From: Octopus vulgaris | Taxonomy: Eukaryota | DNA: 64,000 bases | Reading direction: 5' to 3' | Assembly (NCBI GenBank): GCA_951406725.2 | Contig: OX597843.1 | Location: 7,130,001-7,194,000, forward strand | Shown here: piece by piece, positions 1-12,918 of the stretch | Layout of the letters: each line of letters starts with the position of its first letter | Numbering within the stretch: the stretch's first letter is position 1 | The notes under the pieces: generated by a model | What the model was told of the DNA's origin: nothing | Seen by the model: only the letters and a program-made list of their open reading frames with translations | Databases searched by the model: none | Position numbers and translations under genes: made by a program

Positions 1-976
1 AGTAATTGTCTTTGGCTGAGTTCTCGTCATTGATTGGTTAAAATTACTAAAATTTCGACAAGTTTGACGCAAAATAACTTCTAAATACAAAATTTTGTCA
101 AAAATGTTTTGAGTGAACCCTTTTCTATTTGACACAGTCTACCAGTATCCGAAGTTTCAAAGTGTTTAGTTAAAAAACAAATTAATTAAAATATCTGTAG
201 ATCAGATTGAACAGAGCTCTTTCCCCCGTCGCCATTAGTAAGCTTCACTCTGTCGCTCGGAGTCTCCAATCTTACTTTTCTATCCGACGTTTAATTCACG
301 TAAATACTTAACATATCAACAAATTGTCTTCATCCAGTTTATGTAGAGAGTTCTTTACTGAATTTCTGTGAAAAATATTTAAGTATTAGCCTTTTGAATG
401 AAGCAGCAGTGAAGAGGCATCGGAAACTCTGAACCGGGTTAGTGTGTTCGGAGGCCCTGTTTACATCGGAGACCAACATTGAAACGTAAGTACTTGCTTT
501 TAATTTTTGTTTTGTAAGCACATTCGAATTTTATTTGTATTAAGATATTTGCTATGTTCATATTGTGATACAAAGAAAACAAAAAGTCTCCACCGTATTT
601 TATTCTCCTTTCTTATCCCCAAATATTGCGAGAATTCTCCCTGTTGTGTCTCTCTATTTTACAATCCCTGAACAGGACACTCTATCCTCAAACTGACTGA
701 ATACATAGATCCATATATATATATATATACATAGATCCATATATATATATATATATATAAAATATATATATATATATATTTGCTATTCTACCGAATATTT
801 ACGTTTTATCTATTATTTTACATTTTACGTAATTATCGTTATCTGTTTTGTCTTATATTTACTCTTTCTCTAATATGTAATTTTCTAGATGTGTAACTTA
901 ATTTTTCATTACTGAATTGATAAAATGTGGGGGGTTTTCTAATCTATCTATATATATATATATATATATACACATA

Positions 977-2111
977 CAGAGGTTGGACAAAATAATGGAA
1001 ACACCTTAAAATTTCCAGTTCTTGGAATGATGCTGGTGGAGTATATCGACTCCTTACTTGTTTTGCTAAAATGCACCATAAATGTTCAATAATATTGAGA
1101 TCTGGGGACTGTGGTGGCCAGATAAGATGTCCATCTTCGCTAGAATGTTCCCTGTGCCATTCAGTAACAACTTTAGCTGTGTGAATTGGTGCATTATCAT
1201 CCTGAAAGATTATGTTCCCCTCCGGAAACATTTCCGCAACAATAGGATGAATGTGATCAGATAAAATGCTTAAATAGTCTTCACTATCAATTCTGCCATG
1301 AAGGGAAACCACTGGGCCGGCGGATTTCCAAGATATAACTCCGTCCCTAGATCATCACAGATCGTCCTCTATGTTTAACAGTTGGAAGAAGGCAGTCTGG
1401 GTCAAATGCTTCTCTTGGCTGTCTCCACACGCATACTCGGCCGGTGGTCGGAAATAAAGTAAAGGATGACTCATCCGAGAAAATAACATTCTTCCACTGC
1501 TCTGGGGACCAATTCTGTAGGTTTTTACTCCGATCTAAACGCTTTGCAACGTTTGTTTTTGAAAGTAGTGATTTTCAGATTGCAGCCCTCCCGTGAAACC
1601 CGGCTTTGTGCAGCTCCCAGTGAACAGTTTTTGTGGAAACTGGGTTCTCGAGGTGGTCATTAAGCTCTGCAGTAATTTTGGGAGTTGTACTTTTGTGATC
1701 CTTTCTAACAATTCACGTAGGAATCTGACGGTCCCTATCTGAAAGTTTCGGTTTTCTTCCGGAGTTTTGTTTTGATGAGGAGGTTTTTCCCTCTTTCTCA
1801 AAGACTGTCATTACTTTCGTGATAGTACTTCTTGATATACCAAACATTTCGGCTGTTTTCGTTACGCTAGCGCCTGCCATACGAGCACCAACAATTTGAC
1901 CTCTTTGAAAGTCCGATACATCTGCCATTTTAATGAATTTTAATTACCTTTTCTGATGATATCTGAAGAGAAATAGCAGTTTTAGCAAAACATATTAAGC
2001 AACACTAATAATAAATCAAAAACATCAAAATAAACAAGCTTTTGACGGTTTTATAGATATTTCAAAATTATGATGCTATGATGCTAGGTGTTTCCATTAT
2101 TTTGTCCAACC

Positions 2112-2115
<4 letters not shown>
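977..2115 (-). mobile_element. Tc1-family DNA transposon, defective (frameshifted, C-terminally deleted transposase)
   Basis: 30-bp TIRs at 977-1006 (CAGAGGTTGGACAAAATAATGGAAACACCT) and 2086-2115, 28/30 match, flanked by TA at 975-976 and 2116-2117. Minus-strand transposase pieces: N-terminal HTH (MADVSDFQRGQIVGAR...), VIFSDESS, FQDDNAPIH and WPPQSPDLNIIE (DD34E-type triad). Confidence 0.95.
1010..1928 (-). pseudogene. Tc1 transposase pseudogene
   Basis: ORF pieces 1713-1928 and 944-1312 lie in different frames. The reading frame runs straight into the TIR after ...ASFQELE, so the normal C-terminus is missing. Confidence 0.9.
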
Positions 2116-2144
<29 letters not shown>

Positions 2145-2664
2145 ATTACTTATTGAATTTATTTATCAATATGGTTGTACAGAGGGTAAATGTATTTGAA
2201 AGTTGTGGTTTCTTTGGTATGTTTGTTCCCAAACAGCATTTATTTTAGCGCCGTTGACACCATTGGATTAAATTGTACTGCTCAGGTGTCAAAATCATAA
2301 CAATATCCGTGGAGCAGCTGATGATGAAGGTAAGTTTGATTCTTGGTGTGGCTTTTTTGTATATGTGGAATATTATCATTGGATTCTTGGAATAGTATTA
2401 TAACACCTTTTGATATATATATATATATGGATCTTATGTATGTATAATATAATATTAGGGAGTATAACTCCAAACTTACAGGGAAAAATTCAATTTGGTA
2501 TTAAATCAAATTTCACAATATAAATATATAATATATATATAAATTAGAGAAAAATCATATATTTTATTTTTTCTTTATGATTTGGTTTATATCTATCATT
2601 GTTTGAATTACATAATAGCGTTTTTTCTCTAATTTATATACATATATATATATATATATATACA

Positions 2665-3655
2665 CTAGCATTAAAGACCCGTCGTTGCCGGGTCATAGTG
2701 CTAGTGCATGTATATATATGTATATATATATGTGTACATATTACATGTCCATCCATATATATACATCTACACATAAAATGCAAAATACAAAGTTATATCT
2801 TGATATCGCTAGTGATAACAATACTCAAAATATATAACAGACTGGAATTGTTAGCCCGTCTCTTGTAATTTCGATCAATTGTATCTTGTCCTCTCTCTTG
2901 TATAGAAGTGTGGCTACAATCCAGCCTACCTCTACTTCTTGGGGGGGGGGGCATTATTAATTTTTTTCCAGCACGTCCTACATCCCAGATATAAAGGTAA
3001 AAATAAAATATTTCGAGTCGAGTACTCCCTTGCACGCTCCGTTGACTCGAACCTTGCTTCTATTGTGGCAAATTTTACCGCCTCTGATTAGATATCTTTC
3101 ATAGTCGCACCAAGACACTTTGTGTTCAAATCTTCTTTTTTCTCTACATTGTATACTTTATAGACAATAGTCTTTTCTTTAATTTAATTTTTTATTATCC
3201 ATCTGGACTATTCCATTTCTGAACGCTAATTTCATTTTTAATTTAATTCCCATTCATGTGAAACCACTTATTCAAGTTCAACTCATTGATGCAATTTTAT
3301 ACCAATTGCTATTTTTACTTTTGTTATGTTACAATTATATTATACTTTAGTTTGATTTTAATTATTACTTACTACATATAATTCAATTGTTATTATTATT
3401 TTTATTGTTAAAGTGAAAGTATCTGACATAAAATAGAGAAATATTTTTGTTTCACTTTTAACACGTAATACTGAAATAGTGGAGAAGATATGATATTGCT
3501 ATGATATTTTTTTTTGCCCATGAAACTACATGGACCCTAAGTAACGCATGTGTAAAATTTGAATGAAATTGGTTGTGTAGTTCTCAAGTTTTAGGGAAAC
3601 ACACAGACAGACAGACAGACAGACATTCTTAGTTTTATATATATATAGATATAGA
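2665..3655 (-). mobile_element. Non-autonomous Helitron-like element
   Basis: The minus strand begins A|TCTATATCTATATATATATAAAAC...(GTCT)n. It ends with hairpin GACCCG-gcaacga-CGGGTC followed by TTTAATG-CTAG|T (CTAG at 2665-2668). Joining these two ends into one element is inferred. Confidence 0.65.
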
Positions 3656-3714
3656 TGTTCCGGAGGCCTGGAATTGGAACAGCTGTAAAGGAACCTTGTC
3701 AATTTTTTAATTAA

Positions 3715-4968
3715 TCTATATCTATAAAACAGTCCTTGGACGAAAATTGTGTGCACATTTTGGTTTGACAGTTAATGGCGGCCAAACCGAGGCTAGGATC
3801 GAGCTGAAAATTGGCAGGGATACTAAATGCATGGTGAGGATGAGACCTGTGATGGGTAAAATTTGCAAGCTATAAAGATGTAGTTGCTATGGCAAAAAGA
3901 GTGATTTTTTATCGATTCAAGGGGGCACAGAGCTTCTCTAGGTTTGTGCAATTGGCTTTTAATGCCCAGCGGCATACACTGCAGGCTGTTGTGCTTAATA
4001 AACATACATTTGTTGCAAAATTCCGGCTAGGAAATGATATTTTATTGTGAAAAAACGAGTGCTTTTTGCCCTCATTTTCTATTTAATCTTTTTATAAAAG
4101 TGAAAGAATTTTGTCTATTTATTTCTACTGTCCACTTACGATGGTGATTCAGTTGACTAGGAAAACTATATGGGATGAATATCCAATACCAAACTATCTT
4201 AATCTACATATTGAAACTGCATTAAACTTTGGCAAGCTTACCTTTACCTATTCTGAGTTACTTGAAAGGTGATGTTCCCTTCCCTCTCTTCTGATTGTTG
4301 ATACATTTTTTTTTTACCTTTGATGCCGTTGTTTCATTTTAAGGATGCTTCTTTACCCAGCCATTATGATATTTCGACTGCTGTCCATTGTTTCAAATAG
4401 GTTTTAGCATTGTCATTCTAGCCTTTTTTAAACACTCACATATGATTCGTCCCAAAAAATCAACCTTTAAAGCTATACAAATCTTTCAGAAAGCTCCATA
4501 CCAATTTTACTTTATGCAGCATCCGCTGTTAGTTTATGTGCACACTATGTGGGAAGATAGAATAAAGTGACTTTTGTTAGCTTTTCTCTCCGGAAAAAAT
4601 AGCTCCCTTTGCTGTTGAAAAAAATAAACTCGCAGAGGGGAAGTTTCAACATCTTCCTTCAATTTTTTTACACCATTTATGTGGCTGTTTCTGACAAGAA
4701 ATTTCACTTTCATCTAAAACAACCATAATCTACTCCCAAAACACTTCAGTACCTCTACTTTACATTGCTTGCAAACTTACATGTTCTATGATAATCAAAG
4801 TGCAACGACCTCCACAATAACCAGCCTTCAATTTGATTTTCCGTTCCTAGGTTAATCGGAAACAGATTGCCATGCTTACACATAAACCTTCTCGGTAATT
4901 AAATTATTTTTGCGAAAAAATAACACGGAAGCAACCTAAACCGTCCGAAGGACAGGTGCGTTTGCTAG
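3715..4968 (+). mobile_element. Non-autonomous Helitron-like element
   Basis: Starts A|TCTATATCTATAAAAC at 3715. Ends with imperfect hairpin CCGTCC-GAA-GGACAGG followed by TGCGTTTG-CTAG|T (4965-4968). Confidence 0.6.
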
Positions 4969-4994
4969 TAAATAATACATATATACATATATAT

Positions 4995-5156
4995 ACAACG
5001 GGCTTCTTTCAGTTTCCATCTACCAAATTCACTCACAAGGCTTTGGTTGGCCCGAGGCTATGGTAGAAGACATTTGCCCAAAGTGCCATGCAGTGGGACT
5101 GAACCTAGAACCATGTGGTTGGTAAGCAAACTACTTACCACACATCCACTCCTGCA
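4995..5156 (-). mobile_element. tRNA-derived SINE family 1, 5' half
   Basis: Matches the head of the many other copies in the window (A-box-like TGGNTGTGTGG, B-box-like GGTTCAGTCCC). Confidence 0.85.
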
Positions 5157-6149
5157 TCTTGTTCATTTTTACTAAAATTTCCATTGCTTCTTGCAAGGAT
5201 TAGAATTGTTTGCTTAGAAGAAGCTTTTCTTTTTTTTGTGTCTGCTATGAATTTCTTGGTAACACACAAGAAGCATTTGTTATAGTTGCAGAAACTTTTG
5301 CTCTTTGTTCAAAATTTAGATCTTGTGTTTGAAAAACCAAAACTCGTAAACATGAGGCCTTGTAAAGCAGAACCTCGTAAAGTGAGGTATATATAAATGT
5401 ATGCATGCATGGATACAGTCGTACGTATGTGTGTGGGAAGAAGTAAAGTGTAGCCCATCGCTTTCAAACTAATTAAATTAAGATGTGTGCTAATTACGTG
5501 ATTATAAAAATGACGACATTTTTATTCTATTGAAACAGCTGTAGAGCACAGTTAGTTTATGAGCTATATATAAAGTTTAGACTTTTGCATCATAGTATAC
5601 ATTTGTGAATGAATTTAATGCATTTTCAACCATTTTGTATTATTTTTAACTTGTAGATACACACACACACACAATTATATATATATTTATTTATTTACAT
5701 CCACACACTCATACATGTATACACTTTAATACATACATACACACACACACACACACATATGTATCGAACTATTTTATTACTTTCGATTTTTCATATAAAC
5801 CTATTAAAGTCATTTTACTGCTATATATTTCAGGATTTTTTTTTCTTATAAATGTTTTATAAAGTATTTTAAAATCGTTTTGCTATTTATATCTTTCAAA
5901 TTTCCATATAAACATTTTAACAACGATTATATATTTTAAAATTATTTCGCTGTTTATAAATTATGATTTTTTACCAATAAATATTTTAAAGTTATTAAAT
6001 ATTTTAAAATTGATTTCCTTTATACATACATACATACATACATAGATACATAGATACATACATATATATATATTAGATTTCCTGATAAATTCATTCGTTT
6101 TTGTTCTTTTCTTCCATTTATTTTCATCCTTATTTTTTATCAACTGTTT

Positions 6150-6262
6150 TCACATACCAGTCAATAATACATTCTCCTTCATTGTTCACAACTTCTTGCT
6201 ACCGTTCCAATAGCCTGTCGATGCCTTAATGGTAGAAATCAATGGGTCTTCCGTCAAAGAAA
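6150..6262 (-). mobile_element. Mariner transposase C-terminal remnant
   Basis: Minus-strand translation FFDGRPIDFYH*GIDRLLER*QEVVNNEGECIID resembles the C-terminus of the 7-8 kb mariner (...RWKSIAENEGECILD). Confidence 0.7.
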
Positions 6263-6900
6263 AGCCAGGGCCGTCTTAAAGCACAACTGAGCCCAGAGGC
6301 GTGACTGGATTCAGAAGTTAGCGAGAGCGTGCACGTAAAAAAAGGTGCCGTGATACATATAAAATATTCTTTAACTCATTTCTCTTATAGTACGTGAAAT
6401 ATTTTATTAGTTATAATAAATGTAATTCTATATATATCAGGGGCATATATTCTGGGTATGTTAGGAGTGTGCTGCACACCCATTGTAAATGGTAAATTCA
6501 TTATAATGAGTAAAGTTAGCCTTACTCATTAATTTAATCACAAATCATAATGGAAAACTATTGTTATATTCCTGCGTGAAATTTGGTGGTGTGTGTCCTG
6601 AAATAACACTACACACCTCACAGTGCATCGACTCATAATATGGTACCGGGTGAATCATAAGATAATGGGAGAACAGCAAAAAAAATTAATGACGGAGGGT
6701 GTGCAACAGCTTTGACAGCATGGTCACGTTTAAATTGATTTTAAATTTGTAAAGTAATTTTTTTCTGTTACAATATCATTATAGAACTTTAATTTTAATT
6801 TGTTTTCAAAGCTAATAATATAGTGGTTCAATTTGCTGCTGGGTCATTTCGCCAGTAGTGACCAAGCCAAACATGACTCTTTACTTACCACACAGCCCCC

Positions 6901-8058
6901 CCCCCATAAAGAAAATGATTTTTTTCAATTGCATGGACTAAAATTGGAGGGGGATGGGATAATCTACATACAGTTAGATTTTAACAGTTATTTTTTCAAA
7001 GCTATGATGGAAATGACAAAGAAGAATATTCGGCATATTTTGCTTTAAGAGTTCAATAAAGGCAACAACAAAATTGAAAGTGCGAGGAATATTAATGCAG
7101 TGTATGGGGATCTGACAATAAGCATAAGCCAGTGTCAATGGTGGTTCCAGAAATTCTGAGTTGGAAACTATAGCCTAGAAGATGAGCCTCATCCTGGATG
7201 ATCTGTAGAGCTTGATGAGGATGTCTGGCAAACCCTGGTGGAACAAAATACCATCATAACTGTTGAGGAACTAGCAGAGAAGCTTGGATTTAGTAATTCA
7301 ACCATTCATTGGCACCTGCATGCAATCGGAAAAGTTGGCAAATTAGGTCAATGGGTTCACCACAAACCTTCCATGTTTAATTGCATGCAGAGAGTGAATG
7401 TGAGCCCTTCTTTGGTGCCACGTCTTATGAATGAACCCTTTTTGGACTAAATAGTGACTGGTGATAGGAAATGGGTTCTCAATAAAAATGTCAAGCGTCA
7501 AAGACAGTGGGTAGATCTTCACCCATGTAAGGTATATGAAAGGTTTAGTCCACTTTGAACTTTTAAACCTAAACCAAAGAATAACAAAGGAGATCTACTG
7601 TGAGCAGCTTGAGCGGCTTACATCACTGCTAGAAGGAAAACAACCATCTTTGGTTTCAAGGCGAAAGGTGTTCTTCCATCAGGATAATGTTCGGCCACAT
7701 ACAGTGAGGATGACATTCCAAAGGCCGGAGCAGTTTGAATGGGAGACGATGCACCACCCGCCATATTTGCTGGACATGGCCCCATCTGATTATCATTTAT
7801 TGTACAGTCATCAAAATCATTTGAATGGAATAAATATGAATTCTGTAGATGAGATTAGAACACTACTACAGGAGTATTTTTCATCACAGGCAAGTGAATA
7901 CTGGAAGAGGGGCCTTGCAAGTCTACCAGATAGATGGAAGAGTATTGCAGAAAATGAAGGAGAGTGTATTTTAGATGAGAAAAAAGGACTTTGTTTATTT
8001 TAATTTTGAAAAATAAGAGGTATAATAAAACCGCATTATTTATGGGATGACTGAAAAA
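6901..8058 (+). mobile_element. Mariner (DD34D) transposon, decayed
   Basis: Transposase 7004-8003 with stops and frameshifts: MMEMTKKNIRHILL*EF..., WVHHKP (WVPHEL-like), IVTGD, FHQDNVRPH and YLLDMAPSDYHL (YSPDLAPSD-like). Right end CGCATTATTTATGGGATGAC is TIR-like; the left TIR is degenerate. Confidence 0.9.
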
Positions 8059-8076
8059 TATAGATATATATGCTCA

Positions 8077-8458
8077 TTTACTCTTTTGCTCGTTTAGGTT
8101 ATTTGACTGCGGCCATGCAGAAGCACAGGCTTTAGTCGAGCAAATCAACCCCAGGACTTATTCTTTGTAAGCCTAGTACTTATTCTATCGGTCTCTTTTG
8201 CAGAACTGCTAAGTTACTGGGACGTAAACACACCAGCATCGGTTGTCAAGCGATGTTGGGGGGACAAACACAGACACACAAACACACACACATATACATA
8301 TACATATAGACGACGGGCTTCTTTCAGTTTCTGTCTACCAAATACACTCAGAAGGCTTTGGTCAGCCCGAGGCTATAGTAGAAGACACTTGCCCAAGGTG
8401 CCACGCAGTAGGACTGAACCCGGAACCATGTGGTTGGTTAGCAACCTACTTACAACAC
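8077..8458 (-). mobile_element. SINE family 1, near full length
   Basis: tRNA-like head, internal (TA/TG)n tract and 3' tail GCATGGCCGCAGTCAAATAAC. Confidence 0.9.
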
Positions 8459-8707
8459 ATCCCGCCCCCCCCCCACACACATATGTATTTAATATAAGTG
8501 TGTGTATATATATATATATGTATATCTATACATGGTTGCCATACAATAATGCATTTAAGATATCTTCAAGAGATATCAAACTTCATATATAGACCCAAAC
8601 ATATTTATATATTCTTTCAATCGTATTGGTGCACATATGTGTGTATATATTTCATTACTAAAACAAATATGCCATTCCATATACATATATACATCTATAT
8701 CTATATA

Positions 8708-8744
<37 letters not shown>

Positions 8745-9039
8745 TTACAAACACATGTATACACACACACATAACACAATGTAATCATGTGACCATACAC
8801 AGCTGCAATCACATATAGGTGTGGGTGTGTGTATATATTCATATATATATATATATATATATATATACGTATATATACATACAAATATATATATGTTGCA
8901 TGAGTATCTATATGTAATGAAATCAGATATGTATATGAAATAAGTAGATTATACATATCTACATGTGTGTTTTGATATAGGCACATGTATGTATGTATAT
9001 GTTGATGTATAAAAGTGAATGTATGTATTTGTATATATA

Positions 9040-9131
<92 letters not shown>

Positions 9132-9876
9132 TATGTATGTGTGTGTGTGTGTGTATTTGCTGAGAGACATAGGTACAAACCTAGACACATGTAATTGTAT
9201 GTCTCTCAAGTGACTTCTTAAGAAAGGGTGAATCTGCAAATGGCCTCTGTGTGTGTGTGTGTGTATGTGTATAAATGTGTGTATACATACATACATATAT
9301 ATATATGTATATATACACACACATACACAACCATATAGAAATACACATATAAATACATAAGTACACACATATATATGTATGCATGCATCTATACATATAT
9401 ATGCAGATGTGCACTCACAGATATGTGTGTGTGTACATATATATATATATATATATATACATACATACATTACACACACACACATATAATATATACAGTA
9501 GGTAAGTGCGTGTGTCAGGTGTATACACATAATGAAACAAGATTAAATAGAAAGAAAACAGAGACAGGTGTAATGGTGATAATCATTTAATAATTTACTT
9601 ATATATACACACATATATATCCTCATACACATACAATCTCTCTCTCACACACACATATATATACAGATACATATAAATACATGTATGTATGTATTTGTAG
9701 TATATGTGTTTATACTATTCCATGTTTACATCTATGTATGTATTTGTGTGCAACAATAAATGCAGGGACACCAATATAACATGATGTTTATGATGATGAT
9801 ATATTCAACAAAAGACATACATACATGCATATATACATATTTATATATATTATGCACATATGGTGTATGTGTGCAC

Positions 9877-9916
<40 letters not shown>

Positions 9917-10044
9917 CATGCGTGATACATAGGCATTGATATATAAAAACAAAGCTGATGGTATATGTGTATACCTAAAATTATATACAAATATATATAT
10001 ACAAACACACACATATATGTATACAAACACATTCATAAGTAACA

Positions 10045-10089
<45 letters not shown>

Positions 10090-10739
10090 AATACAAACAT
10101 ACATATGTATACATGCATGTATGTATGTGTGTGTGTGTGTATACAGGTGTATATGTATGTATATGTATATATATATATATGCACTTGAAGACACATCTAT
10201 TCTCTGGTACATTAAGGCCAGGTGACTTTCAGTTGTTGCTCAGTTAGGTACGTATGTCGCTGTATATATACATACAGGTATATTTTGTCATGTACTGATA
10301 TCTGTATGTGTTTGTGTTACTCTGTGTGTGGGGGGGGGGAGGGGAGAGAGTGTGTGTACACATACACACATGAACGCCCACTCACCCAAGTCTTACAGAC
10401 ACAAATATATCTATCTATATACGTGTCTGTGTCTATGTGTGTGTGTATGTATATCTATCTCCCCACATACCTCACCTCTAACCCCACCCTCTACCTACCC
10501 ACAACCCCCACTCTACCCCAACCCCCAATCCACCTGTGCTTCCCCCAATCTCATCTCCCCCACCTCCCCACAACATCACACCACACTACACTACACCATA
10601 CAACATTACACATCACATCACAACACACCACCCACACACCCATCCTCACATCTCCACACCCACACATACATACACACACACGTCCAGACCACCAGCTCTC
10701 TTTCATATGCAGATACATACTCTTTTATACACACACGCA

Positions 10740-11025
10740 CCTTTGTGTTGGGAGCACCTTCGTATTGGAAGTCACTTGACCCTGTTATCTCCCTTACTGT
10801 CCCTCTCGTGTCTGACCACTGTCCGAAGTCAGGACGCCATGATAGATTGTTTGCTCCTACACACATTTTTTTTCTCTCCTTGTTTTTTTCTGTGTCCCTT
10901 TCTGTAGAAGAGCATAGGCTCGAAACGCAAAAGACTTTTTCTATTCCTGAGCGCTATACTAATACATCTGTTTGTTTGTACTCCACCTGCCTTCGTCTTT
11001 TGTTTATTTTCGTAAACTTTCCCTT
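10740..11025 (+). mobile_element. Penelope-like pseudo-LTR fragment ending in (TA)n
   Basis: Contains a hammerhead motif (10898-10933). Its 3' end CCTTCGTCTTTTGTTTATTTTCGTAAAC...CCC|TATATA recurs at 18800-18840 (-) and 60300-60370 (+), each time abutting (TA)n. Confidence 0.6.
10898..10933 (+). ncRNA. Minimal type I hammerhead ribozyme, degenerate (A6U, U16.1C)
   Basis: Stem I CTTT/AAAG; core CTGTAGA-A; stem II GAGC-ATAG-GCTC; GAAA-CG-CA. Confidence 0.6.
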
Positions 11026-11125
11026 TATATATATATATATATATATATATAGATATATATATATATGCACAAACACACAGATGCAGATATATGTATGTGT
11101 GAATATACATATATAGAATAATACA

Positions 11126-11164
<39 letters not shown>

Positions 11165-11430
11165 GCAAATATATAAATACAAGCTTGGGAGGAGAAAAAC
11201 AGAAAACACGAAAAGAATAAGTTAAAACAGTTGTAAATGTAGAATTTGGCACCAACGATGAGGGGGTGTGTAGGTAGGGAGGTTGGGAGCGGTAGAAGCT
11301 GGTGTCGCAGTGTGTTGATGGTGGTGTCGGTGGTGGTGACAGTGGTGGTGATGGCAGTGAGGCATAGGTACGTCGAATGGTGAAGCACACATATATGTGT
11401 GCGTGTGTGTATTTAAAAAAAATTTTTTTC

Positions 11431-11488
11431 TCTAGTTTCAGCTCAGAGCTGCGGCCATGCTGATGCACCGCCATTTTGTGCTACACTG
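11431..11488 (-). mobile_element. CR1-like LINE 3' terminal fragment
   Basis: Reverse complement matches 62400-62446 (AATGGCGGTGC...AGCATGGCCGCAGCTC-GAGCTGAAACTAGA). Confidence 0.8.
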
Positions 11489-11622
11489 TTATTACGAAAA
11501 ACCTCGTCTAATATGTTTCACTTGGTGAAGAATGGAGTTTGATATAGCTACTCTCATTTGCACCTTAGTATATAAATATATATATATATATGTGTATATA
11601 CATGTATACATATATGTGTATA

Positions 11623-12003
11623 TGGCCTTTATTAGACAGTTTATATCAATGCATAATTGATGTAATATGTATGTCAATAGCCTTCCTCAGCCGCGCACAA
11701 TTACCACACCAAGGACATGTATTACATTATAAGTTTGGGAAAAAGACGATTTTCGTTGGGGATGCAAATCCTCATAATCGTATATACTCGAGTGAAAAAC
11801 GGTATGGACGCTTTGTTTTTGTTTTGGTGTCTCGCTCTGCTGTATACGACTATGAGGATTTGCATCCCCAACGAAAATCCTCTTTTTCCAAAACTTATAA
11901 TGTAATACATGTCCTTGGTGTGGTAATTGTGCGCGGCTGAAGAAGGCTATTGACATACATATTACATCAATTATGCATTGATATAAACTGTCTAATAAAG
12001 CCA
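11623..12003. repeat. Long inverted repeat (arms ~161 bp, 11623-11784 / 11843-12003)
   Basis: Arms are reverse complements with about 5 differences, which also explains the mirrored ORFs 11590-11940 (+) and 11687-12085 (-). Confidence 0.95.
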
Positions 12004-12019
12004 GAAACATATGTACCGC
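11933..12019 (+). ncRNA. Type I hammerhead ribozyme with extended stem II and palindromic stem III
   Basis: Stem I GCGG(11933-36)/CCGC(12016-19); CTGAAGA 11937-43; stem II GGCT...AGCC enclosing a long imperfect hairpin; GAAA 12004-07; palindrome ACATATGT; predicted cleavage after GUA at 12015. Confidence 0.8.
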
Positions 12020-12121
12020 TAAATCCTTTGCATCCTGTTTTTCTTTTGATAAATATACTCTATCACCTACACCACTAACTGGCATATACAGGTGCTTACA
12101 GTTATCAAGTATTCACCCTGA

Positions 12122-12190
<69 letters not shown>

Positions 12191-12344
12191 GCATATGCAT
12201 AAATGTCTACATAAATATGTATATGTCTATGCACAGGAGTGGCTGTGTGGTAAGTAGCTTGCTTAACAACCACATGGTAAAAGAAAATATATACACGTCA
12301 TCCTCATCTAAATGAAATCAAATTACAATCAAATGGATATTGTA

Positions 12345-12750
12345 GTGGTGGTCCCTATGCCAGTGGCATGTAAAAAGCACCATCCAAACGTGGTCGATGC
12401 CAGCCCCTTTGCCCAAACTGGCTTCTGTGCTGGTGGTACATTTAAAGCACCATCCAACTGTGGTTGATGCCAGTGTTGCCTTGACTGGCTCCCATGCTGG
12501 TGGCATGTAAAAAGCACCATCCGATTGTGGTAGAAGCCAACCTCCTCTGGCCCCTGTACCGGTGGCACGTAAAAAGTATCTACTACACTCACGGAGTGTT
12601 TTGCATTAGGAAGGATATCCAGCTGTAGAAACATTATCAAATCAAACTGGTGCCTGGTGCAGCCTCCTGGCTCTCCAGACACCAGTCGAACTGTCCGACA
12701 CATGCCAGCATGGAATATGGATATTAAACAATGATGATGATGATGATGAT
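12345..12750 (+). mobile_element. SINE-like element (family 4) with internal tandem units and (GAT)n tail
   Basis: Four ~60-bp-spaced repeats of GGCA(C/T)GTAAAAAGCACCATCC. It ends CATGCCAGCATGGAA...TTAAACAA(TGA)n. A second partial copy lies at 13175-13360 (-). Confidence 0.7.
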
Positions 12751-12767
12751 ATATATATATATATATA

Positions 12768-12918
12768 TATCTGTAAAATTAATGTGACAATTATCTGGTA
12801 GCTATGATAAAACTCCGAGGTTCGGATGTCGGGGCGGAAACCCACACAGCCCCGACATCCAAATCTCAGAGTTTTATCATGGCTACCAAATAATTGTCAC
12901 ATATTAATTTTACAGATA
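12768..12918. repeat. Inverted repeat, ~68-bp arms with 13-nt loop
   Basis: 12768-12835 against 12849-12918 with a few mismatches. The left arm abuts (TA)n; the right arm continues ~65 bp into another (TA)n. Confidence 0.9.

Noticed and set aside
400-498. GTGAAGA...GAAACGTA possible hammerhead
   Set aside because: No convincing stem I or stem II closure.
11590-12085. Paired sense and antisense ORFs of 116 and 132 aa
   Set aside because: A mirror artefact of the inverted repeat, with no recognisable domain.
12355-12580. Regularly spaced repeats resembling a CRISPR array (also 56965-57955)
   Set aside because: The repeats are degenerate, the spacers are related to each other, the context is eukaryotic and there are no cas genes.
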